A stretch of 64,000 nucleotides of DNA from NCBI GenBank assembly GCA_038206915.1, contig JBBRAI010000001.1, forward strand, positions 36,025-100,024. Reading direction: 5' to 3'. How positions within the stretch are numbered: the stretch's first letter is position 1; every line of letters starts with the position of its first letter. Below, piece by piece: positions 41,693 to 51,227 of the stretch. This DNA is from Burkholderiales bacterium. Lineage in GTDB: Bacteria > Pseudomonadota > Gammaproteobacteria > Burkholderiales > SG8-39. Made by a program: the position numbers and the translations under genes. The notes under the pieces are model-generated. The model was not told the DNA's origin, made no database searches, and saw nothing but the letters and a program-made list of their open reading frames with translations.

Positions 41693-42064
41693 TTGAAGCT
41701 CCATCTGTCCAACATTTCCGGCATCAACGCCTTCACCGGCTACGGCGAGGGCTACGTCATGGTCAACCGCATGCGCTATGAGCGCAGCCTGGTGCTGCTG
41801 CCGGAGCAAATCATCAGCGACTGGCGGCCCACGGGCTTCGATGCGCTCGGCGCCGCGGATTTCGCCCAGCTCGCCGAACTGGCGCCGGAAATCGTGCTGC
41901 TCGGCACCGGCTCGCGCCTGCGCTTTCCGCGGCCCGAACTCACGCGCGCGCTGCACGAGGCGCGCATCGGTCTCGAGGTCATGGACCTGCAGGCCGCCTG
42001 CCGCACCTTCAATATCCTTGCAGCGGAGGACCGCAAGGTCGCCGCCGCACTCCTGTTCAGTTGA
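41693..42064 (+). CDS. Mth938/DUF498 (NDUFAF3-like) domain protein
   Basis: C-terminal part of ORF 41651..42064. TTG 41693 is preferred because GAGG lies 6 nt upstream and a TATAAT at 41665-41670 falls inside the longer ORF. LLGTG..P.. and GIGLEVMDLQAACRTFNIL motifs. Confidence 0.6.
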   Translation: MKLHLSNISGINAFTGYGEGYVMVNRMRYERSLVLLPEQIISDWRPTGFDALGAADFAQLAELAPEIVLLGTGSRLRFPRPELTRALHEARIGLEVMDLQAACRTFNILAAEDRKVAAALLFS

Positions 42065-42233
42065 ATAGCTATATATCCGGTGCCGAAGCGAACAGGGCGT
42101 CTCCGGCCGGCGTAACACCCCATTCAAACGAACAAGGGGGCCGCGCCCGCCTTATTTATCCCTCGCGCATGCGGATTTACCTCGCTATAAAAACTTTGCC
42201 TGTTTTGTCACCTTATGACTATAGGGCGACGTT

Positions 42234-43880
42234 ATGACTAGGCGCCTGACGATCGTGCTGCTGCTCGCGTTCGCCGCGGTCTGGTTCTCCAATCTCGAAT
42301 ACCGCAAGCTGGTCAACCCGGACGAGGGGCGCTACGCCGAAATCCCGCGCGAAATGGTCGCCAGCGGCGACTGGATCACGCCGCGCCTGAACGGCATCAA
42401 ATACTTCGAAAAGCCCGCTCTGCAGTACTGGGCCACGGCGGCCGCATTCGAGCTCTTCGGCGAGCATGAATGGACCGCCAGGCTGTGGAGCGCGCTCACC
42501 GGCTTCCTCGGTGTGCTTCTGGTGTTTTTTACCGGCCGGGCGCTGTTCGGGCGCGAAGCCGGCTGGTACGCGGCACTGGTGCTCGGCTCGAGCCTGCTGT
42601 GGGTGCTGATCGGCCACGTCAACACGCTCGACATGGGCGTGAGCTTCTTTCTCTCCGCGGCGGTCTGCGCCTTCCTCCTCGCCCAGCACGACGCCGCCGA
42701 GGCGCGCGCGCGCGCACGCTGGATGCTCGCCGCGTGGGCCGCGCTCGCGCTGGCGCTGCTGTCCAAAGGACTGATCGGCCTGGCGTTGCCCGGCGCGGCG
42801 CTGTTCCTCTACGTCCTGCTGGAACGCGACTGGCGTCTTGCCGGGCGCCTGCGCCTGCTTGCCGGCACCGCGCTGCTGCTCGCGATCACCCTGCCCTGGT
42901 TTGTCGCGGTGTCGCGCGCGAATCCGGAGTTTTTCCATTTCTTCTTCATACACGAGCACTTCGAGCGCTTTCTGACCAAGCAGCACGGCCGCTACCAGCC
43001 GCCCTACTATTTCATTCCTGTGTTGCTCGCAGGCATGCTGCCGTGGACGGTGACCCTGCTCGACACGCTGGCGCGCGCCTGGAAGCGCGAGCCGCAGAAA
43101 ATCTTTCAGCCGCAGCGCTTTCTGCTAGTGTGGTCGACGCTGGTGTTCCTGTTCTTTTCGGTCTCGGACTCGAAGCTGGTGTCCTACATCCTGCCGATAT
43201 TTCCCGCGCTGGCGCTGCTGATCGGCGTGCGCCTGAGCCGCATCGGCGCGCGCGCGCTGGCCTGGCAGACGCTGCCGGCCGTGCTTGCGGGCGTCGCGCT
43301 GCTCGCGCTGCTGCCGGGCATCGAGCGCTACGCCAGCCGCGAGGTGCCGGCGGAAATGTTCCGCAACTACGCCGACTGGCTGATCGCGGCCGGCGTGTTG
43401 CTCGCTTGCGGCGCGGCGGGAAGCGTCTGGTTCGCGTGGCGCGGCAAGACCAACGCGGCGATCACGCTGCTGGCGGCTGCAGGGCTCGCATTCGCGCAAC
43501 TCGCGCTGAGCGGCCACGAAAGCCTGTCTCAGGCGAATTCCGCGTATCATATCGTCCAGAAAATCAAGCCCGAACTGAAGCCCGGCATGCCCTTTTACAG
43601 CGTCGACACCTATGACCAATCGCTGCAGTTCTATCTGCGGCGCACCACCAGCATGGTGTCCTACAAGGACGAGCTCGGCTTCGGCATCGCGCAGGAGCCG
43701 GGAAGATTCATCCCCGATGTTGCGCAGTTCGAAAACAACTGGGATGCCGACACCGATGCGCTCGCGCTGATGTCGCCGCGCACCTACGACGCGCTGCGCG
43801 GCAAGGGCCTGCCGATGCGCCTGGTCGCGCGCGACACGCGCCGCGTCATCGTCTCGCGGCGGCTGGCGGCGAATCCGTGA
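42234..43880 (+). CDS. arnT: GT39/PMT-family undecaprenyl-phosphate-L-Ara4N:lipid A transferase (ArnT-like)
   Basis: 548 aa, polytopic. DEGRYAEIPREMVASGDWITP.., YFEKPALQYW. First gene of the arn cluster. Confidence 0.8.
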   Translation: MTRRLTIVLLLAFAAVWFSNLEYRKLVNPDEGRYAEIPREMVASGDWITPRLNGIKYFEKPALQYWATAAAFELFGEHEWTARLWSALTGFLGVLLVFFTGRALFGREAGWYAALVLGSSLLWVLIGHVNTLDMGVSFFLSAAVCAFLLAQHDAAEARARARWMLAAWAALALALLSKGLIGLALPGAALFLYVLLERDWRLAGRLRLLAGTALLLAITLPWFVAVSRANPEFFHFFFIHEHFERFLTKQHGRYQPPYYFIPVLLAGMLPWTVTLLDTLARAWKREPQKIFQPQRFLLVWSTLVFLFFSVSDSKLVSYILPIFPALALLIGVRLSRIGARALAWQTLPAVLAGVALLALLPGIERYASREVPAEMFRNYADWLIAAGVLLACGAAGSVWFAWRGKTNAAITLLAAAGLAFAQLALSGHESLSQANSAYHIVQKIKPELKPGMPFYSVDTYDQSLQFYLRRTTSMVSYKDELGFGIAQEPGRFIPDVAQFENNWDADTDALALMSPRTYDALRGKGLPMRLVARDTRRVIVSRRLAANP

Positions 43881-44248
43881 ACCTGGTCAGCTTCTCGCTG
43901 CTGATGCTGGGCGTCGGCCTCAACGCCACGGCCCAGCTGCTGCTCAAGGCCGGTACCAACGCGGTGGGGCATTTCGATTTCAGCGCCGGCAACATCGTTC
44001 CGGTGGGCATGAAGCTGGCGCTGGAACCGCACATCATGGGCGGTGTCGCGTGCTATGTGGTGAGTTTGGTGGTATGGATCATGGGTCTGTCGCGGGTCGA
44101 GGTCTCGATCGCCTACCCGATGCTATCGGTCGGCTATGCGCTCAACGCCGTGGCGGCCTGGTACCTGTTCGGCGAAGCCGTCAGCGTGATGCGCCTGACC
44201 GGTATCGGCGTAATCATCATCGGCGTCTATATCGTCGCGCGCTCCTGA
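43877..44248 (+). CDS. SMR/EamA-like small membrane protein (ArnE/ArnF-like flippase subunit)
   Basis: 123 aa, 4 TM helices, GTGA overlap with arnT. Only one such gene is present. Confidence 0.65.
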   Translation: MNLVSFSLLMLGVGLNATAQLLLKAGTNAVGHFDFSAGNIVPVGMKLALEPHIMGGVACYVVSLVVWIMGLSRVEVSIAYPMLSVGYALNAVAAWYLFGEAVSVMRLTGIGVIIIGVYIVARS

Positions 44249-44351
44249 TGACCCGCTTGTCGCAAAATATACTCTGCATCGATTGCGCCGCGACCACTGC
44301 GGTCGCGAACGCCTTGCGCGCGGCTCGGTAGCATTCCTTGGCGCGCTTCTG

Positions 44352-45476
44352 ATGGACTACCTGCCCTTCACCCGCCCTTCGATAGACGAAGAGACCATCG
44401 CCGGGGTGGCCGAGGTGCTGCGCTCCGGCTGGATCACCAGCGGACCCTGCGTCAAGCAATTCGAGCAGGAACTGTCGCAGTATTTCGGCGGCCGGCCGGT
44501 GCGCGCGATGAGCTCCGCCACGGGCGCGCTGGAAATCGCGATCGCGGTCGCCGGCGTGCAGCCCGGCGACGAAGTCATCACCACGCCCCTGTCCTGGGTG
44601 GCAACGGCCAACGTGATCCTGCGCGCGGGCGCGCGGCCGGTGTTCGTCGATGTGGACGCCGCGACGCGCAACATCGACCTCGAGCGCATGGAAGCGGCGA
44701 TCACTTCCAAGACTCGCGCGCTGCTGCCGGTCGACATGGCGGGGCTGCCGGTGGACCGCGAGCGCTTGAATGGCATCGCGCGGCGCCACAACCTGCGCGT
44801 GATCGAGGACGCGGCGCAGAGCATGGGCGCGAGCTGGAACGGCCGGCGCATCGGCAGTTTCGGCGACCTCGTGGCGATCAGCTTTCACGCCAACAAAAAC
44901 ATCACCACCGCGGAAGGCGGCTGCCTCGTGCTGGACGACGCGGGCGAAACCGATTTGTGCACACGGCTGCGCCTGCAGGGCGTGCTGCGCCTGCCCGACG
45001 GCGGCCAGGAAGTCGAGGTCGCCGGCGGCAAGCACAATCTGACCGACCTCGCCGCGCGCATCGGCCTGGGACAGCTCAAGCACCTGGAAGCGTTCACCGA
45101 GCGGCGCCGCCTGCTTGCGCGGCGCTACTTCGAGCGCTTCGATGCGGCGCCGGGCTGCGGGCTGCCGCTGGCCGATTATGCCAATTGCAACTGGCACATG
45201 TTCCAGGTATTGCTGCCGCTGGAGCGACTGCGCATAGACCGCGGCGATTTCATCCAGGCGATGCACCAGCGCGGCATCGGCACGGGCGTGCATTACCCGG
45301 CGATGCATCTATTCAAGCTCTACCGCAAGCTCGGCTACAATCCGGGTGACTTCCCGCGCGCGGAGCACATCGGCGCAAGCACGCTGACGCTGCCGCTGTT
45401 CCCGGCGATGCTGGAGTCTGACGTCGACCGCGTTTGCGCGGCGGTCGCAGAAATCATCCGGGAAAACAAGAAATGA
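44352..45476 (+). CDS. arnB: UDP-4-amino-4-deoxy-L-arabinose aminotransferase (DegT/DnrJ/EryC1 family)
   Basis: Start trimmed to MDYLPFTRPSIDEE.. PLP-Lys region SFHANKNITTAEGG. Confidence 0.85.
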   Translation: MDYLPFTRPSIDEETIAGVAEVLRSGWITSGPCVKQFEQELSQYFGGRPVRAMSSATGALEIAIAVAGVQPGDEVITTPLSWVATANVILRAGARPVFVDVDAATRNIDLERMEAAITSKTRALLPVDMAGLPVDRERLNGIARRHNLRVIEDAAQSMGASWNGRRIGSFGDLVAISFHANKNITTAEGGCLVLDDAGETDLCTRLRLQGVLRLPDGGQEVEVAGGKHNLTDLAARIGLGQLKHLEAFTERRRLLARRYFERFDAAPGCGLPLADYANCNWHMFQVLLPLERLRIDRGDFIQAMHQRGIGTGVHYPAMHLFKLYRKLGYNPGDFPRAEHIGASTLTLPLFPAMLESDVDRVCAAVAEIIRENKK

Positions 45477-45500
45477 ACGTCTGGAAATGAGCGCTGGCAG

Positions 45501-46496
45501 ATGAATCCAGAGCTCTCGGTCGTGATTCCGGTGTACAACGAGGAGCAGGGGCTCGCGACGCTGTTCGCGCGCCTGTATCCGGCGCTGGACGCGCTCGGCA
45601 TCGCCTATGAAATCATCTTCGTCAACGACGGCAGCCGCGACCGTTCCGCCGCGCTGCTGCGCGAGCAGTACCAGCGCCGCCCCGACGTCACCCGGGTGGT
45701 CCTGTTCAACGGCAACTTCGGCCAGCACATGGCCATCATGGCCGGCTTCGAGCAGGTGCGCGGCCGGCGCGTCGTCACCCTGGATGCCGACCTGCAGAAT
45801 CCGCCCGAGGAAATCGGCAATCTGATCGCAAAAATGGACGAAGGCTACGACTACGTCGGCAGCATACGCCGCATGCGCCAGGACAGCGCCTTCCGCCGCT
45901 ACGCGTCCAAGGCGATGAACCTGGTGCGCGAGCGCATCACGCGCATACGCATGACCGACCAGGGCTGCATGCTGCGCGCCTACAGCCGGGAAATCGTCGA
46001 AGCCATCAACAACTGCCATGAAGTCAGCACCTATATTCCGGCGCTGGCTTACACCTTCGCCCAGCGCCCGGTGGAGATCGAGGTCGAACACGAAGAGCGC
46101 GCTGCAGGGGAGTCGAAGTATTCGCTGTACCAGCTGATTCGACTCAATTTCGACCTGGTGACCGCCTTTTCGCTGGTGCCGCTGCAGCTGTTCTCGCTCG
46201 CCGGCATGCTGATTTCGCTGGCCTCGCTGCTGTTCGTCGGCTTTCTTGCCATCCGGCGGCTGCTGCTGGGCCCGGAAGCCGAAGGCGTGTTCACGCTGTT
46301 CGGCATTGTCTTTTTCCTGCTTGGCATCGCGCTGTTCGGCATCGGCCTGCTCGGCGAGTACGTCGGCCGCATTTCGCAGCAGGTGCGCCAGCGGCCGCGC
46401 TACCTGATCCAGGCGGTGCTGGAACAGCGCGAAGGCGTGGCCGAGGCGGCGCTGCTGCGTCCGGTGTCTGCCGCGGGCGAAAGCAGCCGAAGCTGA
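45501..46496 (+). CDS. arnC: undecaprenyl-phosphate 4-deoxy-4-formamido-L-arabinose transferase (GT2)
   Basis: LSVVIPVYNEE, DADLQNPPEEI, two C-terminal TM helices. Confidence 0.85.
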   Translation: MNPELSVVIPVYNEEQGLATLFARLYPALDALGIAYEIIFVNDGSRDRSAALLREQYQRRPDVTRVVLFNGNFGQHMAIMAGFEQVRGRRVVTLDADLQNPPEEIGNLIAKMDEGYDYVGSIRRMRQDSAFRRYASKAMNLVRERITRIRMTDQGCMLRAYSREIVEAINNCHEVSTYIPALAYTFAQRPVEIEVEHEERAAGESKYSLYQLIRLNFDLVTAFSLVPLQLFSLAGMLISLASLLFVGFLAIRRLLLGPEAEGVFTLFGIVFFLLGIALFGIGLLGEYVGRISQQVRQRPRYLIQAVLEQREGVAEAALLRPVSAAGESSRS

Positions 46497-46554
46497 TGCG
46501 GGAGGCCGCCCGCCGTACGCCGCCCGCCGCCGAGCATGCCGCGTCGCGCGCATC

Positions 46555-47466
46555 ATGACTACGGCCGTCGTCTTCGCCTATCACGACGTAGGCGTACGCT
46601 GCCTGTCGGTGCTGCTCGCGCAAGGGGTGAAGGTCGCGCTGGTGCTGACCCACGAAGACAAACCGGGCGAGAACATCTGGTTCGGCAGCGTTGCGGCGCT
46701 CGCGCGCGAGCACTCCCTTGCGGTGATCACGCCGGAGAACCCGAACGCCCCGGCGGTGGTCGCGCGGATTAAGGCGCTGGCGCCCGATTTCCTGTTTTCC
46801 TTCTACTACCGCAGCATGCTCGGGCCTGACCTGCTCGACCTGCCGCGGCGCGGCGCCTACAACATGCACGGCTCGCTGCTGCCGAAATACCGCGGACGCG
46901 TGCCGGTCAACTGGGCGGTGATCAGGGGCGAGCGCGAAACCGGCGCCAGCCTGCACGAAATGGTGGCGAAACCCGACGCCGGCGGCATCGTCGACCAGCA
47001 GGCCGTGTCCATAGGCCCGGACGACGCCGCCGCCGAGGTATTCGCCAGGGTCGCCGCGGCCGCCGAGCAGGTGCTCGCGCGCGCGCTGCCGGGCCTGATT
47101 GCGGGCAGCGCGCAGATCAAGGCGCAGGACCTGAGCCAGGGCAGCTACTACGGCGGGCGCAAGCCCGAGGACGGCCGCATCGACTGGAGCCGCAGCGCGC
47201 AGGAGGTGCACAACCTGGTGCGCGGCGTGGCCCCGCCCTATCCGGGCGCATTTACCCGCGCCGACGGCCTGGGCTTGCGCATCCTGCGCACCCGCCTGGA
47301 GCCAAATAGGCGCCCGCGCAGCGGTGCACCTGGGTTATATTTCGAGGCAGGCGCGTTCTTCGCCGACTGCGGCGACGGCAAGGTGCTGCGGATACTGGAA
47401 CTCGAAGCGCAGGACGGCACGCTCGATCCTGCAGCGTTTGCCACAAAGACAACCACTCTCGCGTGA
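46555..47466 (+). CDS. arnA: UDP-L-Ara4N formyltransferase (ArnA N-terminal-domain homolog, stand-alone)
   Basis: 303 aa, NMHGSLLPKYRGRVPVNWA formyltransferase motif. Confidence 0.85.
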   Translation: MTTAVVFAYHDVGVRCLSVLLAQGVKVALVLTHEDKPGENIWFGSVAALAREHSLAVITPENPNAPAVVARIKALAPDFLFSFYYRSMLGPDLLDLPRRGAYNMHGSLLPKYRGRVPVNWAVIRGERETGASLHEMVAKPDAGGIVDQQAVSIGPDDAAAEVFARVAAAAEQVLARALPGLIAGSAQIKAQDLSQGSYYGGRKPEDGRIDWSRSAQEVHNLVRGVAPPYPGAFTRADGLGLRILRTRLEPNRRPRSGAPGLYFEAGAFFADCGDGKVLRILELEAQDGTLDPAAFATKTTTLA

Positions 47467-47470
47467 TCAC

Positions 47471-48514
47471 ATGAAAAAAATCCTGATACTCGGCGTCAAC
47501 GGCTTCATCGGCCACCATCTGTCCAAGCGCATCATCGCCAAGACCGACTGGGAGGTCTACGGCATGGACATGCAGACGGAACGCATCTCCGACCTGCTGA
47601 AGGAGAAACGCTTCAGTTTCTTCGAGGGCGACATCACCATCAACAAGGAGTGGATCGAATACCACGTGCGCAAGTGCGACACCGTGCTCCCGCTGGTGGC
47701 GATCGCCACGCCGGCGACCTACGTAAAAGAGCCGCTCAAGGTATTCGAACTCGACTTCGAGGCCAATCTGCCCATCATCCGCTCGGCGGTGAAGTACAAG
47801 AAGCGCGTGGTATTCCCTTCCACCTCCGAGGTCTACGGCATGTGCCGCGACGCGGAATTCGATCCGCACGCCTCCGAACTCGTGCTTGGCCCCATCAACA
47901 AGCCACGCTGGATCTATTCTTGCGCCAAACAGCTGATGGACCGCGTGATCCACGCCTACGGCATGCAGGAAGGCCTGGACTACACGCTGTTCCGGCCGTT
48001 CAACTGGATCGGCGCCGGCCTGGATTCGATCCGAACCCCGAAGGAAGGCAGTTCGCGCGTCATCACCCAGTTTCTCGGCCACATAGTGCGCGGCGAGAAC
48101 ATCAAACTGGTCGACGGCGGCGGCCAGAAGCGCGCCTTCACCTACATCGACGACGGCATCGACGCGCTGCTCAAGATCATTGACAATCCGGGCGGCATCG
48201 CGAGCGGACAAATCTACAACATCGGCAACCCGAAGAACAACTACTCGGTGAAGGAACTGGCCGAGATGATGCTGAAACTGGCGCTCGAATACCCCGAGTA
48301 CCGCAGCCATGCGAAGAAAGTAAAGCTGGTCAAGACCAGTTCCGCACAGTACTACGGCAAGGGTTACCAGGACGTGCAGAACCGGGTGCCGAAAATCACC
48401 AATACCTGCGAGGACCTGAACTGGCGGCCCCGGGTCAACATGCAGCAGGCGATGAAGCACATATTCGACTTCTATCGCGGCCATGTCGCCGAAGCGCGCA
48501 ACCTCGTAGATTGA
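47471..48514 (+). CDS. arnA: UDP-glucuronate dehydrogenase/decarboxylase (ArnA C-terminal-domain homolog, stand-alone)
   Basis: Start at ATG 47471. ILILGVNGFIGHHL Rossmann motif, PSTSEVYG, YSCAKQ (YxxxK). Confidence 0.85.
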   Translation: MKKILILGVNGFIGHHLSKRIIAKTDWEVYGMDMQTERISDLLKEKRFSFFEGDITINKEWIEYHVRKCDTVLPLVAIATPATYVKEPLKVFELDFEANLPIIRSAVKYKKRVVFPSTSEVYGMCRDAEFDPHASELVLGPINKPRWIYSCAKQLMDRVIHAYGMQEGLDYTLFRPFNWIGAGLDSIRTPKEGSSRVITQFLGHIVRGENIKLVDGGGQKRAFTYIDDGIDALLKIIDNPGGIASGQIYNIGNPKNNYSVKELAEMMLKLALEYPEYRSHAKKVKLVKTSSAQYYGKGYQDVQNRVPKITNTCEDLNWRPRVNMQQAMKHIFDFYRGHVAEARNLVD

Positions 48515-48543
48515 AGCACAGCAAACACTGTCGCATGCCACCA

Positions 48544-48775
48544 ATGGACTTGCGCGCTGCGCGCGCCAACCGCGATTTCTGTACGGATAAAAAGCATCCG
48601 TACAGAAATCGCGGTTACGGCTAACAGCAAGTCCAGTGTGGGGTCGTTATACGAGATCGTCGATTGCGCGCGGATGGCTTTTTCATCCGTGCGCAATCGA
48701 CGATCCGCGCGGACGGCTTTTCGTCCGCGCAAAATCAAAACCCTGCAATAACGCGTACGCGATTTGAGTCGCCAC
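48544..48775 (+). repeat. multi-hairpin intergenic repeat element, full copy 2 (between arnA-DH and arnD)
   Basis: Same module order as copy 1. GCGCGC-N3-GCGCGC (48552-48566). 21-bp perfect hairpin (48568-48588/48596-48616). 22-bp hairpin (48655-48676/48684-48705). 8-bp hairpin (48707-48714/48723-48730). Confidence 0.85.
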
Positions 48776-48793
48776 GTATAGACATTGATCCCC

Positions 48794-49702
48794 GTGAAGC
48801 TCGCCCTAAAAATCGACGTCGACACCTATCGCGGCACGCGCGTTGGCGTGCCGCGACTGATTGACGCGCTGAAAAAGCACCAGGCCGGCGCGACCTTCCT
48901 GTTCAGCCTCGGACCGGACCACACCGGCCGGGCGGTCACGCGCGCCCTGCGCCCGGGCTTCATGAAGAAAGTGTCGCGCACCTCGGTGCTGGAGCATTAC
49001 GGACTCAAGACCCTGTTATACGGCACCCTGCTTCCGGGCCCGGACATAGGCAAGCGCTGCGCCGACACCCTGCGCGCCGTGCGCGACACGGGCTTCGAAG
49101 TCGGCATCCATACCTGGGACCACGTCAAATGGCAGGACAAGGTCGCGCAGCGCGGCGAGCGCTGGACCGGCGATCAAATGGGCGCCGCCTACCTGCGCTT
49201 TTCGGAGATCTTCGGCGAATCTGCGCGCACCCATGGCGCCGCCGGCTGGCAGATGAACCTGCACGCGCTGCGCCTGACGCAGCGCCTTGGATTCGACTAT
49301 TGTTCGGACACGCGCGGCAGCTGTCCCTTCATCCCCATCTATCGCGGCGAGATCGTCGCCTGCCCGCAGCTGCCGACCACCCTGCCGACGCTGGACGAAT
49401 TGATCGGCCTGGACGGACTGACCGCGGACAATGTGGCCGCGCACCTGCTCAAGCTGTCGGAAAATCCGCCGCCCACCGGCCACGTGTACACGCTGCATGC
49501 TGAGCTCGAAGGCATGAAACTGATGCCGGTATTCGAAGCCCTGCTCGAGGGCTGGCGCGCCATGGGCTATGAGCTGGTGCGCGTGCGCGATCTGTTCGAT
49601 ACGCTCAAGCTAAATGATCTGCCGCGCCACGAGGTGCGCATGGGCGAAATTCCCGGCAGGTCCGGCACGCTGGCGCTGCAGGGGAAGGAATTCCTGACAT
49701 GA
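48794..49702 (+). CDS. arnD: 4-deoxy-4-formamido-L-arabinose-phosphoundecaprenol deformylase (polysaccharide deacetylase family)
   Basis: (M)KLALKIDVDTYRGTRVGVPRL.. is collinear with the recalled E. coli ArnD N-terminus MTKVGLRIDVDTFRGT. GTG 48794 is preferred, with TTG 48785 as the alternative. No clear SD for either. Confidence 0.8.
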   Translation: MKLALKIDVDTYRGTRVGVPRLIDALKKHQAGATFLFSLGPDHTGRAVTRALRPGFMKKVSRTSVLEHYGLKTLLYGTLLPGPDIGKRCADTLRAVRDTGFEVGIHTWDHVKWQDKVAQRGERWTGDQMGAAYLRFSEIFGESARTHGAAGWQMNLHALRLTQRLGFDYCSDTRGSCPFIPIYRGEIVACPQLPTTLPTLDELIGLDGLTADNVAAHLLKLSENPPPTGHVYTLHAELEGMKLMPVFEALLEGWRAMGYELVRVRDLFDTLKLNDLPRHEVRMGEIPGRSGTLALQGKEFLT

Positions 49703-50577
49703 GCGCACTGTTCCCCGGATTCGAGCGTAAGCGCGTCGAAGTGAGCGGCGCCAGCATCAATGCGGTGTGTGGCGGTAGCGGTCCGGCGCTGCTGCTGCTG
49801 CACGGCTATCCGCAGTCGCATTGCATCTGGCACCGGGTGGCGCCGCTGCTCGCGCCCGAGTTCACGCTGGTGGCCGCGGACCTGCGCGGCTACGGCGACT
49901 CGTCCAAACCGGCCGGCCTGCCCGACCACAGCAATTATTCCAAGCGCGCCATGGCGCAGGACCAGGTCGAGCTCATGCAGGCGCTGGGACACGACAGCTT
50001 CTTCCTCGCCGGCCACGACCGCGGCGGCCGCGTCGCGCACCGCCTTGCGCTGGACCACCCGCGGCGCGTGAAAAAGCTCGCCGTGCTGGATATCTGTCCG
50101 ACCCGCGCCATGTACACGCACACCGACCGCGCCTTCGCCAAAGCTTATTTCCACTGGTTCTTCTTGATCCAGCCCGCACCCTTCCCGGAAACGCTGATCG
50201 GCGCCGATGCGGAATATTTCATCAAGTATCAGATGGGACGGCGCCATGGCGGGCTCAAGGCGTTCGCGCGCGAAGCGATGGCGGAGTATGTGCGCTGTTT
50301 CTCGGACCCGGCGGCCATCCACGCAAGCTGCGAAGACTACCGCGCGGCCGAATCCATCGACCTTGAGCACGATGCCGCCGACGCGGCGAAGAAGATCGAG
50401 TGCCCGGTGCTCGCGCTGTGGGGCAGGCACGGCGTCGTCGAACAGCAGTTCGACTGCCTTGCCGAATGGCGCGCGGTCGCCGGCGACGTACGCGGCCAGG
50501 CCCTGGATTGCGGCCACTACCTGCCCGAAGAGCAGCCGCAGGAGGTCGCGCGGCAGCTGGAAAGCTTTCTGCTCTAG
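49699..50577 (+). CDS. alpha/beta hydrolase (haloacetate dehalogenase / epoxide hydrolase-like)
   Basis: ATGA overlap with the arnD stop. LLLLHGYPQS and an Asp nucleophile elbow in AGHDRGGRVAHRLALD. Confidence 0.8.
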   Translation: MSALFPGFERKRVEVSGASINAVCGGSGPALLLLHGYPQSHCIWHRVAPLLAPEFTLVAADLRGYGDSSKPAGLPDHSNYSKRAMAQDQVELMQALGHDSFFLAGHDRGGRVAHRLALDHPRRVKKLAVLDICPTRAMYTHTDRAFAKAYFHWFFLIQPAPFPETLIGADAEYFIKYQMGRRHGGLKAFAREAMAEYVRCFSDPAAIHASCEDYRAAESIDLEHDAADAAKKIECPVLALWGRHGVVEQQFDCLAEWRAVAGDVRGQALDCGHYLPEEQPQEVARQLESFLL

Positions 50578-50598
50578 ATACTTAGCCCTTATTACAAT

Positions 50599-50696
50599 AT
50601 GAGGGGACCACGCTGGGAACGGAAGGGACCCAGCCCTTCCTCTGCCCCTCATACTCCCCTAGGTCAGGGACCGTTTCGTACTACTCGAAACGGTCC
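50599..50696 (+). other. densely structured intergenic segment upstream of bcp (nested or alternative hairpins)
   Basis: 8-bp outer stem atgagggg/cccctcat (50599-50606/50645-50652) encloses mutually exclusive GCTGGG/CCCAGC and GGAAGGG/CCCTTCC pairings. An 11-bp perfect hairpin ggaccgtttcg/cgaaacggtcc follows (50668-50678/50686-50696). Confidence 0.4.
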
Positions 50697-50774
50697 AACT
50701 GGAAAGGTTGCGTTCGTAACGCGATTAATAAACAATATCGGAAAGCGCCCGCTCCCGGGCCCAAGAACGAGATT

Positions 50775-51227
50775 ATGGAAAAGAAAGTCAGCGAATTTTC
50801 CCTGCCTTGTACCGGCGGCAAGACCTTCCAGCTTTCCGCAATAACCGACAAATTCCTGGTGCTGTATTTCTACCCGAAGGACAACACCCCGGGTTGCACC
50901 AACGAGAGCATCCAGTTTCGCGAACTGCATCCAAAGTTCCGCGCGCTCGGCGGCGCGGTCTACGGCATCTCGCGCGACAGCCTGAAAACGCACGAGGGTT
51001 TCAAGGCGAAGCACGGCTTTCCGTTTGACCTGCTCTCGGACGCGCAAGAAATAGCCTGCAACTTATTCGGCGTCATCAAAATGAAGAACATGTATGGCAA
51101 GCAGGTGCGCGGCATCGAGCGCAGCACGTTCGTTCTCGATCGCCTCGGCGTCATTCTGCGCGAATGGCGCGGCGTAAAGGTTCCCGGTCACGTTCAGGAG
51201 GTACTCGATTTTGCTGAATCCCTTTGA
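50775..51227 (+). CDS. bcp: thiol peroxidase, bacterioferritin comigratory protein
   Basis: 150 aa, YFYPKDNTPGCT peroxidatic Cys motif. Confidence 0.9.
   Translation: MEKKVSEFSLPCTGGKTFQLSAITDKFLVLYFYPKDNTPGCTNESIQFRELHPKFRALGGAVYGISRDSLKTHEGFKAKHGFPFDLLSDAQEIACNLFGVIKMKNMYGKQVRGIERSTFVLDRLGVILREWRGVKVPGHVQEVLDFAESL

Noticed and set aside
42065-42233. PmrA/BasR-type direct-repeat box (YTTAAK-N5-YTTAAK) upstream of arnT
   Set aside because: Only loose CTTAT-like fragments are present, with no properly spaced repeat, so it is not reported as a site.
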